From the NCBI GenBank assembly GCA_009924735.1, contig RFQZ01000005.1:25533-89532 (forward strand): a stretch of DNA of 64,000 bases. Direction: 5' to 3'. Positions within the stretch are counted from its first letter, which is position 1. The number at the start of each line of letters is the position of its first letter. The stretch is from Flavobacteriia bacterium (GTDB lineage: Bacteria; Bacteroidota; Bacteroidia; Flavobacteriales_D; Crocinitomicaceae). The position numbers and the translations under genes were made by a program. Positions 9,932 through 18,109 of this stretch are shown here, piece by piece. The notes under the pieces are model-generated. The model made no database searches and was not told the DNA's origin. It was given only the letters and a program-made list of their open reading frames with translations.

Positions 9932-10080
9932 ATATCTCTATAATAAAAAAACAATTCACGACAAATATGACGTAGAACTGGAATTTTCGTGGTTTTTACC
10001 GTTTTTTACTGAATTTTTTGTTCAAGTGATTGCAAGTATCTCACATCCGTGATTTAAAGTAATACCCTTTTCCACCTTAA

Positions 10081-10842
10081 TCACCTCAAACAAAATCCCA
10101 AAACGGCATCAGCAAATGCGTCTGGTTGTTCTGCATGGACCCAATGTCCGGCATCTTCTATGGTTTCAAGTGTGCTGTCCGGGAAACGTAGCTCAATTTC
10201 GTCAATGTCTACAGAAAGGATGTAATTCGACAAGCCCCCGCGTATGAAAAGCGTCGGTGTCCAAGCTTCTTTTTCTGGGATGGCTGCCAAAATCTCAGGC
10301 ATGAATTGTTCAAGTACGGCAACGTTCATTCGCCAGGCCAATCTTCCTTTCTCAATCCAGTAAAGGTTTTTAAGCAAAAATTGAATTACACCTTGCGATT
10401 CTATGTGGTTTTTCAATTGGCTTTCTGCCTCAGAACGGCTGCCCAGTTCATGTAAATGCAAGGCATGAATGCCCGCTAAAATATGCTGGTGGTGCATCGG
10501 ATATCCCTTGACACCCATGTCAATCACCAAAAGTTTTGAGAGCAGGTGAGGGTATTGTTGTGCAAAGCACATGGCAACCTTTCCACCCATGGAATGTCCC
10601 AACAAATGAATGTCTTTCAACCCTTGTGCAATCACCCAAGCATACACATCCTCCACCATATCTTCATAGGTATGTGAATTGTCCCACGGGGAATGACCAT
10701 GGTTTCGTAAATCCACTAAGTAAACCGTGTAAAAAGGTGAAAAACGTTTGGCCAAGGCTTGCCAGTTGTCCCCCGATCCAAAAAGTCCGTGTAAAATTAC
10801 CAAGGGTTTTCCCTCGCCCAACGTTCGAAAATGAAGTTCCAT
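10081..10842 (-). CDS. Alpha/beta-fold hydrolase
   Basis: HGLFGSGDNW oxyanion region, GHSMGG nucleophile elbow, C-terminal DAGHWVH catalytic His. Confidence 0.85.
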   Translation of the reverse strand: MELHFRTLGEGKPLVILHGLFGSGDNWQALAKRFSPFYTVYLVDLRNHGHSPWDNSHTYEDMVEDVYAWVIAQGLKDIHLLGHSMGGKVAMCFAQQYPHLLSKLLVIDMGVKGYPMHHQHILAGIHALHLHELGSRSEAESQLKNHIESQGVIQFLLKNLYWIEKGRLAWRMNVAVLEQFMPEILAAIPEKEAWTPTLFIRGGLSNYILSVDIDEIELRFPDSTLETIEDAGHWVHAEQPDAFADAVLGFCLR

Positions 10843-10845
10843 GGT

Positions 10846-11229
10846 TTATTTATGAGGTCCTTCGTCCAATGGGCAGGTAGTCAATACCTGGAATTGCCCA
10901 TCGTTGGTTTTTTCTAAAACCGCTTGCATCTCTGCAATCGTAATCTGCGTACTGTCGTAACGAACGTTGATGTTTTGTGCTTTTGCTCCGTCAACGAAAT
11001 CAACCGAAACACTTTCGATGCTTCCTGTTGATTTTAGTTCTTTACGAATGGCGCCTCCGCATCCCATTTTGCAAACCATGCCAGAAACCTTGAAACAAAT
11101 TCCCGCATTTGCTTTGGCGGTAACAAGTGTCTTTTTTTTCTGTGGTGCCGCAGGTTTCGATTTTTGGGTTTCCGTACAAGAAAATGTTGAAAACAAAACC
11201 AACGTAAGAAATACAATCAAAAACTTCAT
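10846..11229 (-). CDS. Heavy-metal-associated (HMA) domain lipoprotein
   Basis: Signal peptide with a Cys (LVLFSTFSC) and an HMA-like fold with GMVCKMGCGGAIRKEL. I prefer the start at 11229 because a -7 box overlaps the upstream ATG at 11244. Confidence 0.6.
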   Translation of the reverse strand: MKFLIVFLTLVLFSTFSCTETQKSKPAAPQKKKTLVTAKANAGICFKVSGMVCKMGCGGAIRKELKSTGSIESVSVDFVDGAKAQNINVRYDSTQITIAEMQAVLEKTNDGQFQVLTTCPLDEGPHK

Positions 11230-11241
11230 AATTTTTTTATA

Positions 11242-11249
11242 CAAAAATA
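11242..11249 (-). promoter_or_regulatory. Bacteroidota -7 promoter box (TATTTTTG on the minus strand)
   Basis: The plus strand reads CAAAAATA. It lies 12 nt upstream of the ATG at 11229. Confidence 0.4.
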
Positions 11250-11282
11250 AGGGATTATCGCAGCATGAAAGGAGTGAATGCG

Positions 11283-11290
11283 TAACTTTG
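11283..11290 (+). promoter_or_regulatory. Bacteroidota -7 promoter box (TAACTTTG)
   Basis: TAnnTTTG match 16 nt upstream of the ATG at 11307. Confidence 0.45.
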
Positions 11291-11306
11291 ACAAAAAAAT
11301 AATCAA

Positions 11307-11753
11307 ATGAAAAAAGTACTTACATTCAGCGTAGCAATCGTTTTGCTTGCAACGACCGTTTTAACTTCTTGTGGTAAATACCCTGAAGGACCAAATTTCG
11401 CATTAAGCTCCAAGAAATCTCGTTTTGCTGGCGAGTGGAAAGCAACTTCAATTAACCAAAATGGGGTAGAATGGAACTTGACCAACCTTGCCCAAGTGAA
11501 CAGCATCAACAAAGATGGTAGCTATACTTCACAAACAACCGTTACGGTATTAGGAATCCCAAATGTGTATACAAGCCAAGGTAATTGGGAATTTACAAGC
11601 GACAAATCGAGTGTAGTTTTCACTGAAACCACACCTACTGCCAATGCAAAAGATACGTTTTTGATTTTGAAATTGAAAAAGGATGCCCTTAAATTCAAAC
11701 AAACTGATTACAGTTCTGGGGATGTTTTTATCTATACCTACGAGCCTAAATAA
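11307..11753 (+). CDS. Small lipoprotein, lipocalin-like (paralog 1)
   Basis: Lipobox LTSCGKY. Beta-rich sequence with a GEWK/GNWEF pattern. Paralogous to 11840..12280. Confidence 0.55.
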   Translation: MKKVLTFSVAIVLLATTVLTSCGKYPEGPNFALSSKKSRFAGEWKATSINQNGVEWNLTNLAQVNSINKDGSYTSQTTVTVLGIPNVYTSQGNWEFTSDKSSVVFTETTPTANAKDTFLILKLKKDALKFKQTDYSSGDVFIYTYEPK

Positions 11754-11774
11754 GGAAAGCATTTAATTTTACCA

Positions 11775-11801
11775 AGCCCCGTTTCTCGGGGCTTTTTTTT
11801 T
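11775..11801 (+). terminator. Rho-independent terminator
   Basis: AGCCCCG-tttct-CGGGGCT hairpin followed by a run of 9 T. Confidence 0.75.
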
Positions 11802-11815
11802 GAATAAAAAAATCC

Positions 11816-11823
11816 TATTTTTG
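11816..11823 (+). promoter_or_regulatory. Bacteroidota -7 promoter box (TATTTTTG)
   Basis: TAnnTTTG match 16 nt upstream of the ATG at 11840. Confidence 0.45.
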
Positions 11824-11839
11824 AACCTAAATAATTCCT

Positions 11840-12280
11840 ATGAAAAGATTTTTTACTTTGTTTTTATTGGTTTCCGTTTTGGCAATGGTAGCACCGGCAT
11901 GTAGCAAATACGCAAACGGACCCAAATTCACACTTTTAACCAAAAAAAGCAGATTGGTCAACGATTGGACCCTTACAAGCTATATGATCAATGGAAACGA
12001 ATTCATTGCTTCGCAACCCCAAATTAAATTGGTTTTGGACAAAGACGAAACTTTTTCATGGTCTTCAACCCAATCGGTATTGGGCCAGTTGCAATCTCAA
12101 TTTGACAACGGTACATGGAGCTTGAGCGATGACAAAGTATCTTTGTTGATGTTGCCAAAGGGAGAAGAAATCGCGATTTCATATACCATTACAGACCTTC
12201 GTGCCAATAAAATGGTCCTTTCTTATTACAACAAGGTAACCAACATTACCTATGTGAGTACCTACGAAACGGATAAGTAA
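11840..12280 (+). CDS. Small lipoprotein, lipocalin-like (paralog 2)
   Basis: Lipobox APACSKY. Shares C-x-KY-x-GP-x-F-x-L-x2-KKSR, NG-x-E, VLG, G-x-W, DK-x-S and a Y-x-YE tail with 11307..11753. Confidence 0.55.
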   Translation: MKRFFTLFLLVSVLAMVAPACSKYANGPKFTLLTKKSRLVNDWTLTSYMINGNEFIASQPQIKLVLDKDETFSWSSTQSVLGQLQSQFDNGTWSLSDDKVSLLMLPKGEEIAISYTITDLRANKMVLSYYNKVTNITYVSTYETDK

Positions 12281-12282
12281 CC

Positions 12283-12807
12283 TTAGACAAATTTAGGATC
12301 AACGGACATGATGTGATTGCATTGCTTACAGGTACGCATGTCTTCACTTCCGTAGAATTCCTTAAACCTAGGTAGAAAATCCTTCTCAATGTTTTCAAGG
12401 TGAAAGCGATAGGATTTTAGCTCGTTGTTGCAGTTTTCACAAAACCAAAACAATCCGTCCTTCAAATCTGTTCCCTTACGAACCCTTTCGATGACCAATC
12501 CAATGGTGTTTGCGCCACGGGCTGGTGAATGCGGTGTGTTCGCAGGAAGCAAAAACATTTCACCTTCTTTCACGATGATGTCTTTTGGTTTGCCTTCCCA
12601 TTGAATTCGCACGGTGATGTCACCTTCTAATTGGTAAAACAACTCCTCTCCTTCATTGTAATGATAGTCTTTGCGCGCATTGGGGCCACCAACAATCATC
12701 ACGATAAAATCACCCGCTTCGTGGTATAAATTCTTGTTGGAAACCGGCGGTTTGAGTAAGTCTCTATTGTCGTCAATCCATTTTTGAAGGTTAAAAGGTG
12801 CAAGCAT
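12283..12807 (-). CDS. 3-hydroxyanthranilate 3,4-dioxygenase
   Basis: Cupin with the characteristic N-terminus FNLQKWIDDNRDLLKPPV, YHYNEGEELFYQLEG, the PANTPHSP metal-site region, and a C-terminal CxxC...CxxC rubredoxin-like site. Confidence 0.85.
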   Translation of the reverse strand: MLAPFNLQKWIDDNRDLLKPPVSNKNLYHEAGDFIVMIVGGPNARKDYHYNEGEELFYQLEGDITVRIQWEGKPKDIIVKEGEMFLLPANTPHSPARGANTIGLVIERVRKGTDLKDGLFWFCENCNNELKSYRFHLENIEKDFLPRFKEFYGSEDMRTCKQCNHIMSVDPKFV

Positions 12808-12838
12808 CGGGTTGTGTTTTTATTAAATGTAAATATTT

Positions 12839-13339
12839 CTACCGAGAATATCGATAAACCGTAAATCCGTAGGCGTGCAGTTCATCGGGAGATTGTTCAA
12901 AACATACTTCTTGGTCCCATTTTTCTTCTTCAAAAGCAGGGAAAAAGGTATCCGCTTCAAAGGCATGGTTTACCTTGGTTATGAACATCTCTGTAATGTC
13001 AAGTTGTTCCATCGCCAAGCGGTAAATTTCTCCTCCTCCAATGATAAAAAGGGTACGGGTGTCGTCTTGAAATTGGGCTAAACAGGTTTGGAGGTCGTTA
13101 AAAACCAGACAATTGTCTGCATGGAAAAGCGGATTCTTCGTTAGGATACAGTTCAATCGGTTTGGAAGTGGACGGAATTTTTCAGGAATGGATTCGAAGT
13201 TTTTCCTTCCCATTAACACAATGTGGTGTAGGGTGGTTTCCTTGAAAAATTTCATATCGTTAGGCAAATGCCATAATAGCTGGTTGTTTTTACCAATGCC
13301 TCCTTCGGAGTCTACTGCAACAATTAAAGAGATTTTCAT
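12839..13339 (-). CDS. folA: Dihydrofolate reductase
   Basis: ISLIVAVDSEGGIGKNNQLLWHLPNDMKFFKETT, 166 aa, immediately downstream of thyA. Confidence 0.9.
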   Translation of the reverse strand: MKISLIVAVDSEGGIGKNNQLLWHLPNDMKFFKETTLHHIVLMGRKNFESIPEKFRPLPNRLNCILTKNPLFHADNCLVFNDLQTCLAQFQDDTRTLFIIGGGEIYRLAMEQLDITEMFITKVNHAFEADTFFPAFEEEKWDQEVCFEQSPDELHAYGFTVYRYSR

Positions 13340-14133
13340 TAGATGGCAACGGCGGCTTTAATGTGTGGATATGGGTCGTAATTCACCAATTCAAAATCAT
13401 CGATGGAAAATGAAAAGATGTCCTTTATGTTCGGATTTATTTTCATGGTGGGTAATTCCTTCGGCGTTCTTGACAATTGAAGTTGCGCTTGTTCGATGTG
13501 ATTAGCATACAAGTGTGCATCCCCAAAAGTGTGTATAAAGTCCCCTGGTTCGAGACCGCAAACTTGTGCCACCATCAGGGTAAGTAGGGCATAGGAAGCA
13601 ATGTTAAACGGTACGCCTAAAAAGGTGTCAGCACTTCGCTGGTATAATTGACAGCTTAACTTTCCTTCGGCAACGTAAAATTGAAAAAGCGTGTGGCAAG
13701 GAGGCAAAGCCATGTCATTCACACAAGCGACATTCCAAGCGGAGACGATCAGTCTTCGAGAATCTGGATTCTTTTTGATTTGTTCGATGAGTTGAGATAT
13801 CTGATCGATGTGTCCCCCGTCTGGTGTAGGCCAGCTGCGCCACTGATATCCATAAACAGGCCCTAGGTTTCCGTCTGAATCCGCCCATTCGTCCCAAATG
13901 CTTACGTTGTTTTCCTTCAAATAAGCAATGTTGGTATCGCCTTTCAAAAACCAAAGCAATTCGTGGATGATGGACCGCAGGTGTAGTTTTTTTGTCGTGG
14001 TACACGGAAAACCTTTTTGCAAATCATAGCGCATTTGGTATCCAAAAACGGACAAGGTACCCGTTCCAGTGCGGTCTTCCTTTCGGACTCCATTGTCCAA
14101 AATGTGCTTCAATAAAGCATGATACTGTTCCAT
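13339..14133 (-). CDS. thyA: Thymidylate synthase
   Basis: [12 protein letters not shown] active-site Cys, RSAD, 264 aa, ends ..AVAI. Confidence 0.95.
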   Translation of the reverse strand: MEQYHALLKHILDNGVRKEDRTGTGTLSVFGYQMRYDLQKGFPCTTTKKLHLRSIIHELLWFLKGDTNIAYLKENNVSIWDEWADSDGNLGPVYGYQWRSWPTPDGGHIDQISQLIEQIKKNPDSRRLIVSAWNVACVNDMALPPCHTLFQFYVAEGKLSCQLYQRSADTFLGVPFNIASYALLTLMVAQVCGLEPGDFIHTFGDAHLYANHIEQAQLQLSRTPKELPTMKINPNIKDIFSFSIDDFELVNYDPYPHIKAAVAI

Positions 14134-14240
14134 GTTTTTTTTACGAAGTTATAGGTAATTGAAATTCGTTTCACGAAATCGCAACGTGAATTTTGAACAA
14201 CTTTAGGGTCATGCACGCAATTTCGTTAATTTCGCCGGGT

Positions 14241-14657
14241 ATGAAATACGGTGCATTCATTCTTCTACTTCATCTGACCGCAATTTCTTGGGCACAAAAT
14301 CCCGTAAAATTACCTAGAAAATTGTGTGGAAACTTCACAGGGATTCAGCCTTCGTATGCTTTTACCCACCATGGTGAGGCTTTCACGATGGATTCGATTG
14401 CAGTCTCGGTGGTTTTGAGAAAAACAGAAGGTACGGTTTGTTATTTGAACCCTAGTCATTGCATGGTAACCAAAGGAGCGTATCAATCGGTTTTGAAAGT
14501 CAAAGACGATAAAACCACAAAATGGGTCATTGTTATGTCGGCACAAGCGGGAGCGATTCCTGAAGAGCTTTGGGTTTTCCCTAAATCAAAAACAATGGTT
14601 CGTACAGGGGTGTTTCCTCAACCCAATGTGAAGTTGAAAAAACTACGGAAAGAATAG
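14241..14657 (+). CDS. Hypothetical secreted protein
   Basis: ORF 14193..14657. An internal ATG at 14241 gives a plausible signal peptide (MKYGAFILLLHLTAISWAQ). No family recognised. Confidence 0.4.
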   Translation: MKYGAFILLLHLTAISWAQNPVKLPRKLCGNFTGIQPSYAFTHHGEAFTMDSIAVSVVLRKTEGTVCYLNPSHCMVTKGAYQSVLKVKDDKTTKWVIVMSAQAGAIPEELWVFPKSKTMVRTGVFPQPNVKLKKLRKE

Positions 14658-15974
14658 GGAGAAGATCGTTCCTTTTCCGGGGGTGCTTTTGATTTGAACC
14701 TTCCCGTGGTGGGCGTCCATGATGAGCTTGACATAGAACAATCCCAACCCAAACCCTTTTACGTTGTGCAAATTACCTGTGGGAACACGGTAGAATTTAT
14801 CGAAAATGTAGGGAATGTTTTCTTTTTTAATGCCTATTCCGTTGTCTTCAATCTCGATCCATATCCCATTTTTCTCATTTTTCGTTTGGATGATGATGCT
14901 TGGAATGGTATCGCAATATTTCACGGCATTGTCCAAAAGGTTATAAATCACATTGGTTAAATGGATGGCGTCCGCTTGAACCAGATGTTTTTGGGCATGA
15001 AGATTCACTTCAATTTTACCTCCCTTCTCTAGGTGATGTAATTCGAAATTTTCTTTAACATCACGCAGCAATTCATTGACATCGAATTCATTTTTATCCA
15101 AAATAACTTCTTCCCTGTCCAACTTCGCGACATTTAATACACGTTCAACCTGATGCTCTAGGCGCTTATTTTCCTTGTAAATTATCCCTGCGTATTTTAA
15201 TACATTTTCTTCCTTAAAATCTTTTAGTCTGAGCAACATTTCGGACGACAAACTGATGGTGGAAATGGGGGTTTTCAATTCATGCGTCATGTTGTTGATA
15301 AAATCAGTTTTTACTTCTGCCAAGCGATTTTGTCGCAAAATAATAGACACAGAGAAGGAAAAAAAGATGGTCACCAAGATCAGCATCGCAGTTAGGTAAA
15401 TCCAAGGTGAGTAATTTTTTTGAGGCTCAATGCTGCCAATTTTAAAGTCAGGAAAATACACAGTGAAATAATGCCCATCCTTTTTCAAATTTAGTTTCTC
15501 CGGCGTTACCTCAGACAATGGTTTCATGTCTGTTACGTAGATCGAATCCTTTTTGTAACGCACCCGGTTGCTTAACACAATGGAATCTGTAAAACAGTCA
15601 TAAATTCCATAATAAAAATCCCGTCGAATGTTGCGCAGGTAAAATTCTTTTTTGAGTAAGGTTTCGAGGTAAAAGGGTTGCAATTCCTCGTTGAAGTCGA
15701 CTGTATAGTGGTTGTTGGAAATTTGTTTAACCGCACCGTACATATCCATTTGAATGGATTCGCGTTTTTGGATGGTGCCAAGTACGTTCATGAGTGAAAT
15801 TTGGACGTGGTCCTGAAATTCTTTTAGATTCAAACTGTCTTCCTTTTTCTGGATGGCAAGACTGGTTTTCTGTACATCGATGGTTTTTTTTACCCAAAAC
15901 AATTGTACCGCAAGAATAACCAAGAGGGATAGAAGTCCCAATACAATTACGGTGCTAATGGTTTTGTTTTTCAT
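14643..15974 (-). CDS. Membrane sensor histidine kinase (two TM helices, extracytoplasmic domain, HisKA, HATPase_c)
   Basis: H-box NNMTHELKTPIS, N-box LLDNAVKY, G-boxes DNGIGI and GFGLGL, with TM helices at the N-terminus and near residue 200. No response regulator next to it. Confidence 0.85.
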   Translation of the reverse strand: MKNKTISTVIVLGLLSLLVILAVQLFWVKKTIDVQKTSLAIQKKEDSLNLKEFQDHVQISLMNVLGTIQKRESIQMDMYGAVKQISNNHYTVDFNEELQPFYLETLLKKEFYLRNIRRDFYYGIYDCFTDSIVLSNRVRYKKDSIYVTDMKPLSEVTPEKLNLKKDGHYFTVYFPDFKIGSIEPQKNYSPWIYLTAMLILVTIFFSFSVSIILRQNRLAEVKTDFINNMTHELKTPISTISLSSEMLLRLKDFKEENVLKYAGIIYKENKRLEHQVERVLNVAKLDREEVILDKNEFDVNELLRDVKENFELHHLEKGGKIEVNLHAQKHLVQADAIHLTNVIYNLLDNAVKYCDTIPSIIIQTKNEKNGIWIEIEDNGIGIKKENIPYIFDKFYRVPTGNLHNVKGFGLGLFYVKLIMDAHHGKVQIKSTPGKGTIFSLFFP

Positions 15975-16985
15975 CTAAAATCCTTGAATTCCGTTGACTG
16001 TTGTGTATTTTAAGACATTACGTTTTTCGGGGTGAATTATCGCAAATGCAGACTGAACAGCCAAAGTTCCTTCGTGAAATCCACAGAGGATGAGTTTCAA
16101 TTTGTTTTCATAGGTATTGACATCGCCAACGGCATAGATGCCAGGGATGTTGGTTGAATAATCCAAAGGGTTCACCTTGATGGCTGATTTCTCTATTTCC
16201 AAGCCCCAATCGGCAATGGGTCCAAGGCTGGGTTTTAATCCGAACAAGGGAATAAAGTGATCTGCTGTACGAAGTATTTCGCCTTGTGATTGATGCGTTA
16301 TGACCACCTCTTCCAACGATTCCTTTCCATTAAGTCCCGTCACCTCTGCTTCCGTAATGAGGTCAATCTTTCCTTTTTCAGCCAAATCAATGACTTTTTG
16401 AACGGAGTCCAGGTGTCCACGAAAAGACGCGCTTCGGTGAACCAAAGTAACTTTTTCCGCAATGTTGTTTTCCACCAGGTAAATCGACCAATCCAACGCA
16501 GAGTCGCCTCCGCCAGCAATCACACATTTTTTTCCTCGGTAAAATTCAGGATCTCGAATGATGTATTCAACCCCCTTGTCTTCAAAATTCTCAAGGTTTG
16601 CAATGGGAGGTTTTCTCGGTTCAAAAACACCAAGTCCACCCGCAATCATGACAATGGGTGCTTCGTGTAAGGTCCCTCTCACAGTGCGAACCACGAAGTT
16701 TCCTTCTTCATTTTTTTCGATTTCTGTAGCCGCTTCTCCAAGGGTAAATCCGGGGGAAAAAGGCGCACTTTGTGCCATTAGGTTGTCCACCAATTCACCT
16801 GCCAAGATGCTCGGAAAACCGGGGATGTCGTAGATGGGCTTTTTGGGATAGATTTCAGAACATTGTCCTCCAGGTTGCGGTAAAGAGTCAATCAAATGAC
16901 ACCTTAATTTAAGTAATCCTGCCTCAAAGACCGTGAATAAACCAACGGGTCCTGCGCCAATGATGATGATGTCGGTGCGAATCAT
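15975..16985 (-). CDS. Ferredoxin-NADP(+) reductase, thioredoxin-reductase-like (YumC type)
   Basis: IIGAGPVGLF FAD motif and a second dinucleotide motif VIAGGGDSALD. It lacks the CxxC of true thioredoxin reductases. 336 aa. Confidence 0.75.
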   Translation of the reverse strand: MIRTDIIIIGAGPVGLFTVFEAGLLKLRCHLIDSLPQPGGQCSEIYPKKPIYDIPGFPSILAGELVDNLMAQSAPFSPGFTLGEAATEIEKNEEGNFVVRTVRGTLHEAPIVMIAGGLGVFEPRKPPIANLENFEDKGVEYIIRDPEFYRGKKCVIAGGGDSALDWSIYLVENNIAEKVTLVHRSASFRGHLDSVQKVIDLAEKGKIDLITEAEVTGLNGKESLEEVVITHQSQGEILRTADHFIPLFGLKPSLGPIADWGLEIEKSAIKVNPLDYSTNIPGIYAVGDVNTYENKLKLILCGFHEGTLAVQSAFAIIHPEKRNVLKYTTVNGIQGF

Positions 16986-17026
16986 GAATTTAATTTTAGA
17001 TCGTAACAGCCAAGCTTGGTAAAAGT

Positions 17027-18010
17027 TTAAAAATCTGGTTTTCTTGGGGTATTTTGCAAGATGTCTTCAATTTTTGTCATCATTTCTGATGTCAATTGAT
17101 GTTGAAAATCCAAAGCGTTAAAATTTTCTTTCAATTGCTCTGCTTTGCTTGCGCCCAAAATTACGGTGCTGACATTTGGATTTTTCAAGCACCATGCAAT
17201 GCTCAATACCGGAAGCGACACACCTAATTCCTTAGCGAATGATGCAAGTTGTTTAACTTTTTCAATTTTCTCCTCAGTAATGTTTTTGTCTTTTAACCAA
17301 TCCAATCCGTCCATTCCCAACCTCGTGTTTTCAGGAAAAGCAGTGTTGTATTTGCCCGTTAAAACACCCGAAGCCAAAGGAGACCAAATCGTGGTACCTA
17401 AACCAACGGTTTTGTACAATTGACTGAATTCTACTTCGATTTTTTCCCTGCAAAACATATTGTATTCGGGCTGTTCAACCACAGGTCCAATCAAATGATT
17501 TTGTTTTGCAAACATGTGGGCTTCCATAATTTCTTGTGCACTCCACTCCGACGTACCCCAATACAAGATTTTTCCTTGAACAATTAGGTTGTGCATCGAC
17601 CACACCGTTTCTTCGATGGGCGTTTTTTTATCTGGACGGTGACATAAATACAAATCCAGGTAATCAACTTGCAATCGCTCCATGGCTTGATGACATGCTT
17701 CGGTGATGTGTTTTCTGCTCAGGCCTTTTTGGGTTGGCATTTGACCCCCTGCGCCAAACATAACTTTGCTGCTAACGATGTAGGTGTCTCGGGACCATCC
17801 CATTTTTTTTAGGGTTTTGCCCATCACGATTTCACTCATGCCTCGCGCATAGATTTCGGCGTTGTCAAAAAAATTGATGCCATGCTCATAGGCCATTTGC
17901 ATTAGTAACTCCGCTGAATTGTCTTCGATTTGCTTTCCGAAGGTTAACCATGAGCCAAGGGATAAGCGACTGATTTGTAAACCTGTTTTTCCAAGATTGA
18001 TATAGTCCAT
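17027..18010 (-). CDS. Aldo/keto reductase, Kv-beta-subunit-like
   Basis: LGSWLTFG, FDNAEIYA, HRPD, WGTSEWS, 327 aa. Confidence 0.85.
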   Translation of the reverse strand: MDYINLGKTGLQISRLSLGSWLTFGKQIEDNSAELLMQMAYEHGINFFDNAEIYARGMSEIVMGKTLKKMGWSRDTYIVSSKVMFGAGGQMPTQKGLSRKHITEACHQAMERLQVDYLDLYLCHRPDKKTPIEETVWSMHNLIVQGKILYWGTSEWSAQEIMEAHMFAKQNHLIGPVVEQPEYNMFCREKIEVEFSQLYKTVGLGTTIWSPLASGVLTGKYNTAFPENTRLGMDGLDWLKDKNITEEKIEKVKQLASFAKELGVSLPVLSIAWCLKNPNVSTVILGASKAEQLKENFNALDFQHQLTSEMMTKIEDILQNTPRKPDF

Positions 18011-18025
18011 TGTACTTTTTTAGTG

Positions 18026-18033
18026 CAAAGTTA
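18026..18033 (-). promoter_or_regulatory. Bacteroidota -7 promoter box (TAACTTTG on the minus strand)
   Basis: The plus strand reads CAAAGTTA, 16 nt upstream of the ATG at 18010. Confidence 0.45.
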
Positions 18034-18078
18034 AGCATATTCTCATGCTTGCTATTTTTCTAGGTAGGAGAATATGTT
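18033..18078. repeat. Inverted repeats in the divergent promoter region
   Basis: AGCATATTCTC (18034-18044) and GAGAATATGTT (18068-18078) are reverse complements at 10 of 11 positions. There is also a nested palindrome AAGCAT-n6-ATGCTT (18033-18050). Confidence 0.6.
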
Positions 18079-18086
18079 GCTTTATG

Positions 18087-18094
18087 TATCTTTG
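18087..18094 (+). promoter_or_regulatory. Bacteroidota -7 promoter box (TATCTTTG)
   Basis: TAnnTTTG match 15 nt upstream of the ATG at 18110. It lies inside the longer ORF-track start at 18074, which argues against that start. Confidence 0.45.
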
Positions 18095-18109
18095 TTAAAA
18101 GCTATAGTT

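Noticed and set aside
9698-10080. The lone XRE-family regulator as a marker of a toxin-antitoxin, prophage or defence island
   Set aside because: There is no partner ORF of 60 aa or more in the flanking 150-bp spacers, and no integrase, repeat or tRNA boundary. The neighbours are ordinary conserved genes.
14161-14234. Short AATTTCG-type repeats (14219-14225 and 14228-14234) and a TTCGT-n3-ACGAA palindrome between thyA and the hypothetical ORF
   Set aside because: The repeats are only 7 nt long and AT-rich, and other copies are imperfect. That is within chance expectation for this base composition.
18074-18109. ORF-track start at 18074 for the H-NOX gene
   Set aside because: H-NOX proteins begin with MYG[FL]V, which is the ATG at 18110. 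A TAnnTTTG promoter box (18087-18094) also lies inside the putative extension.
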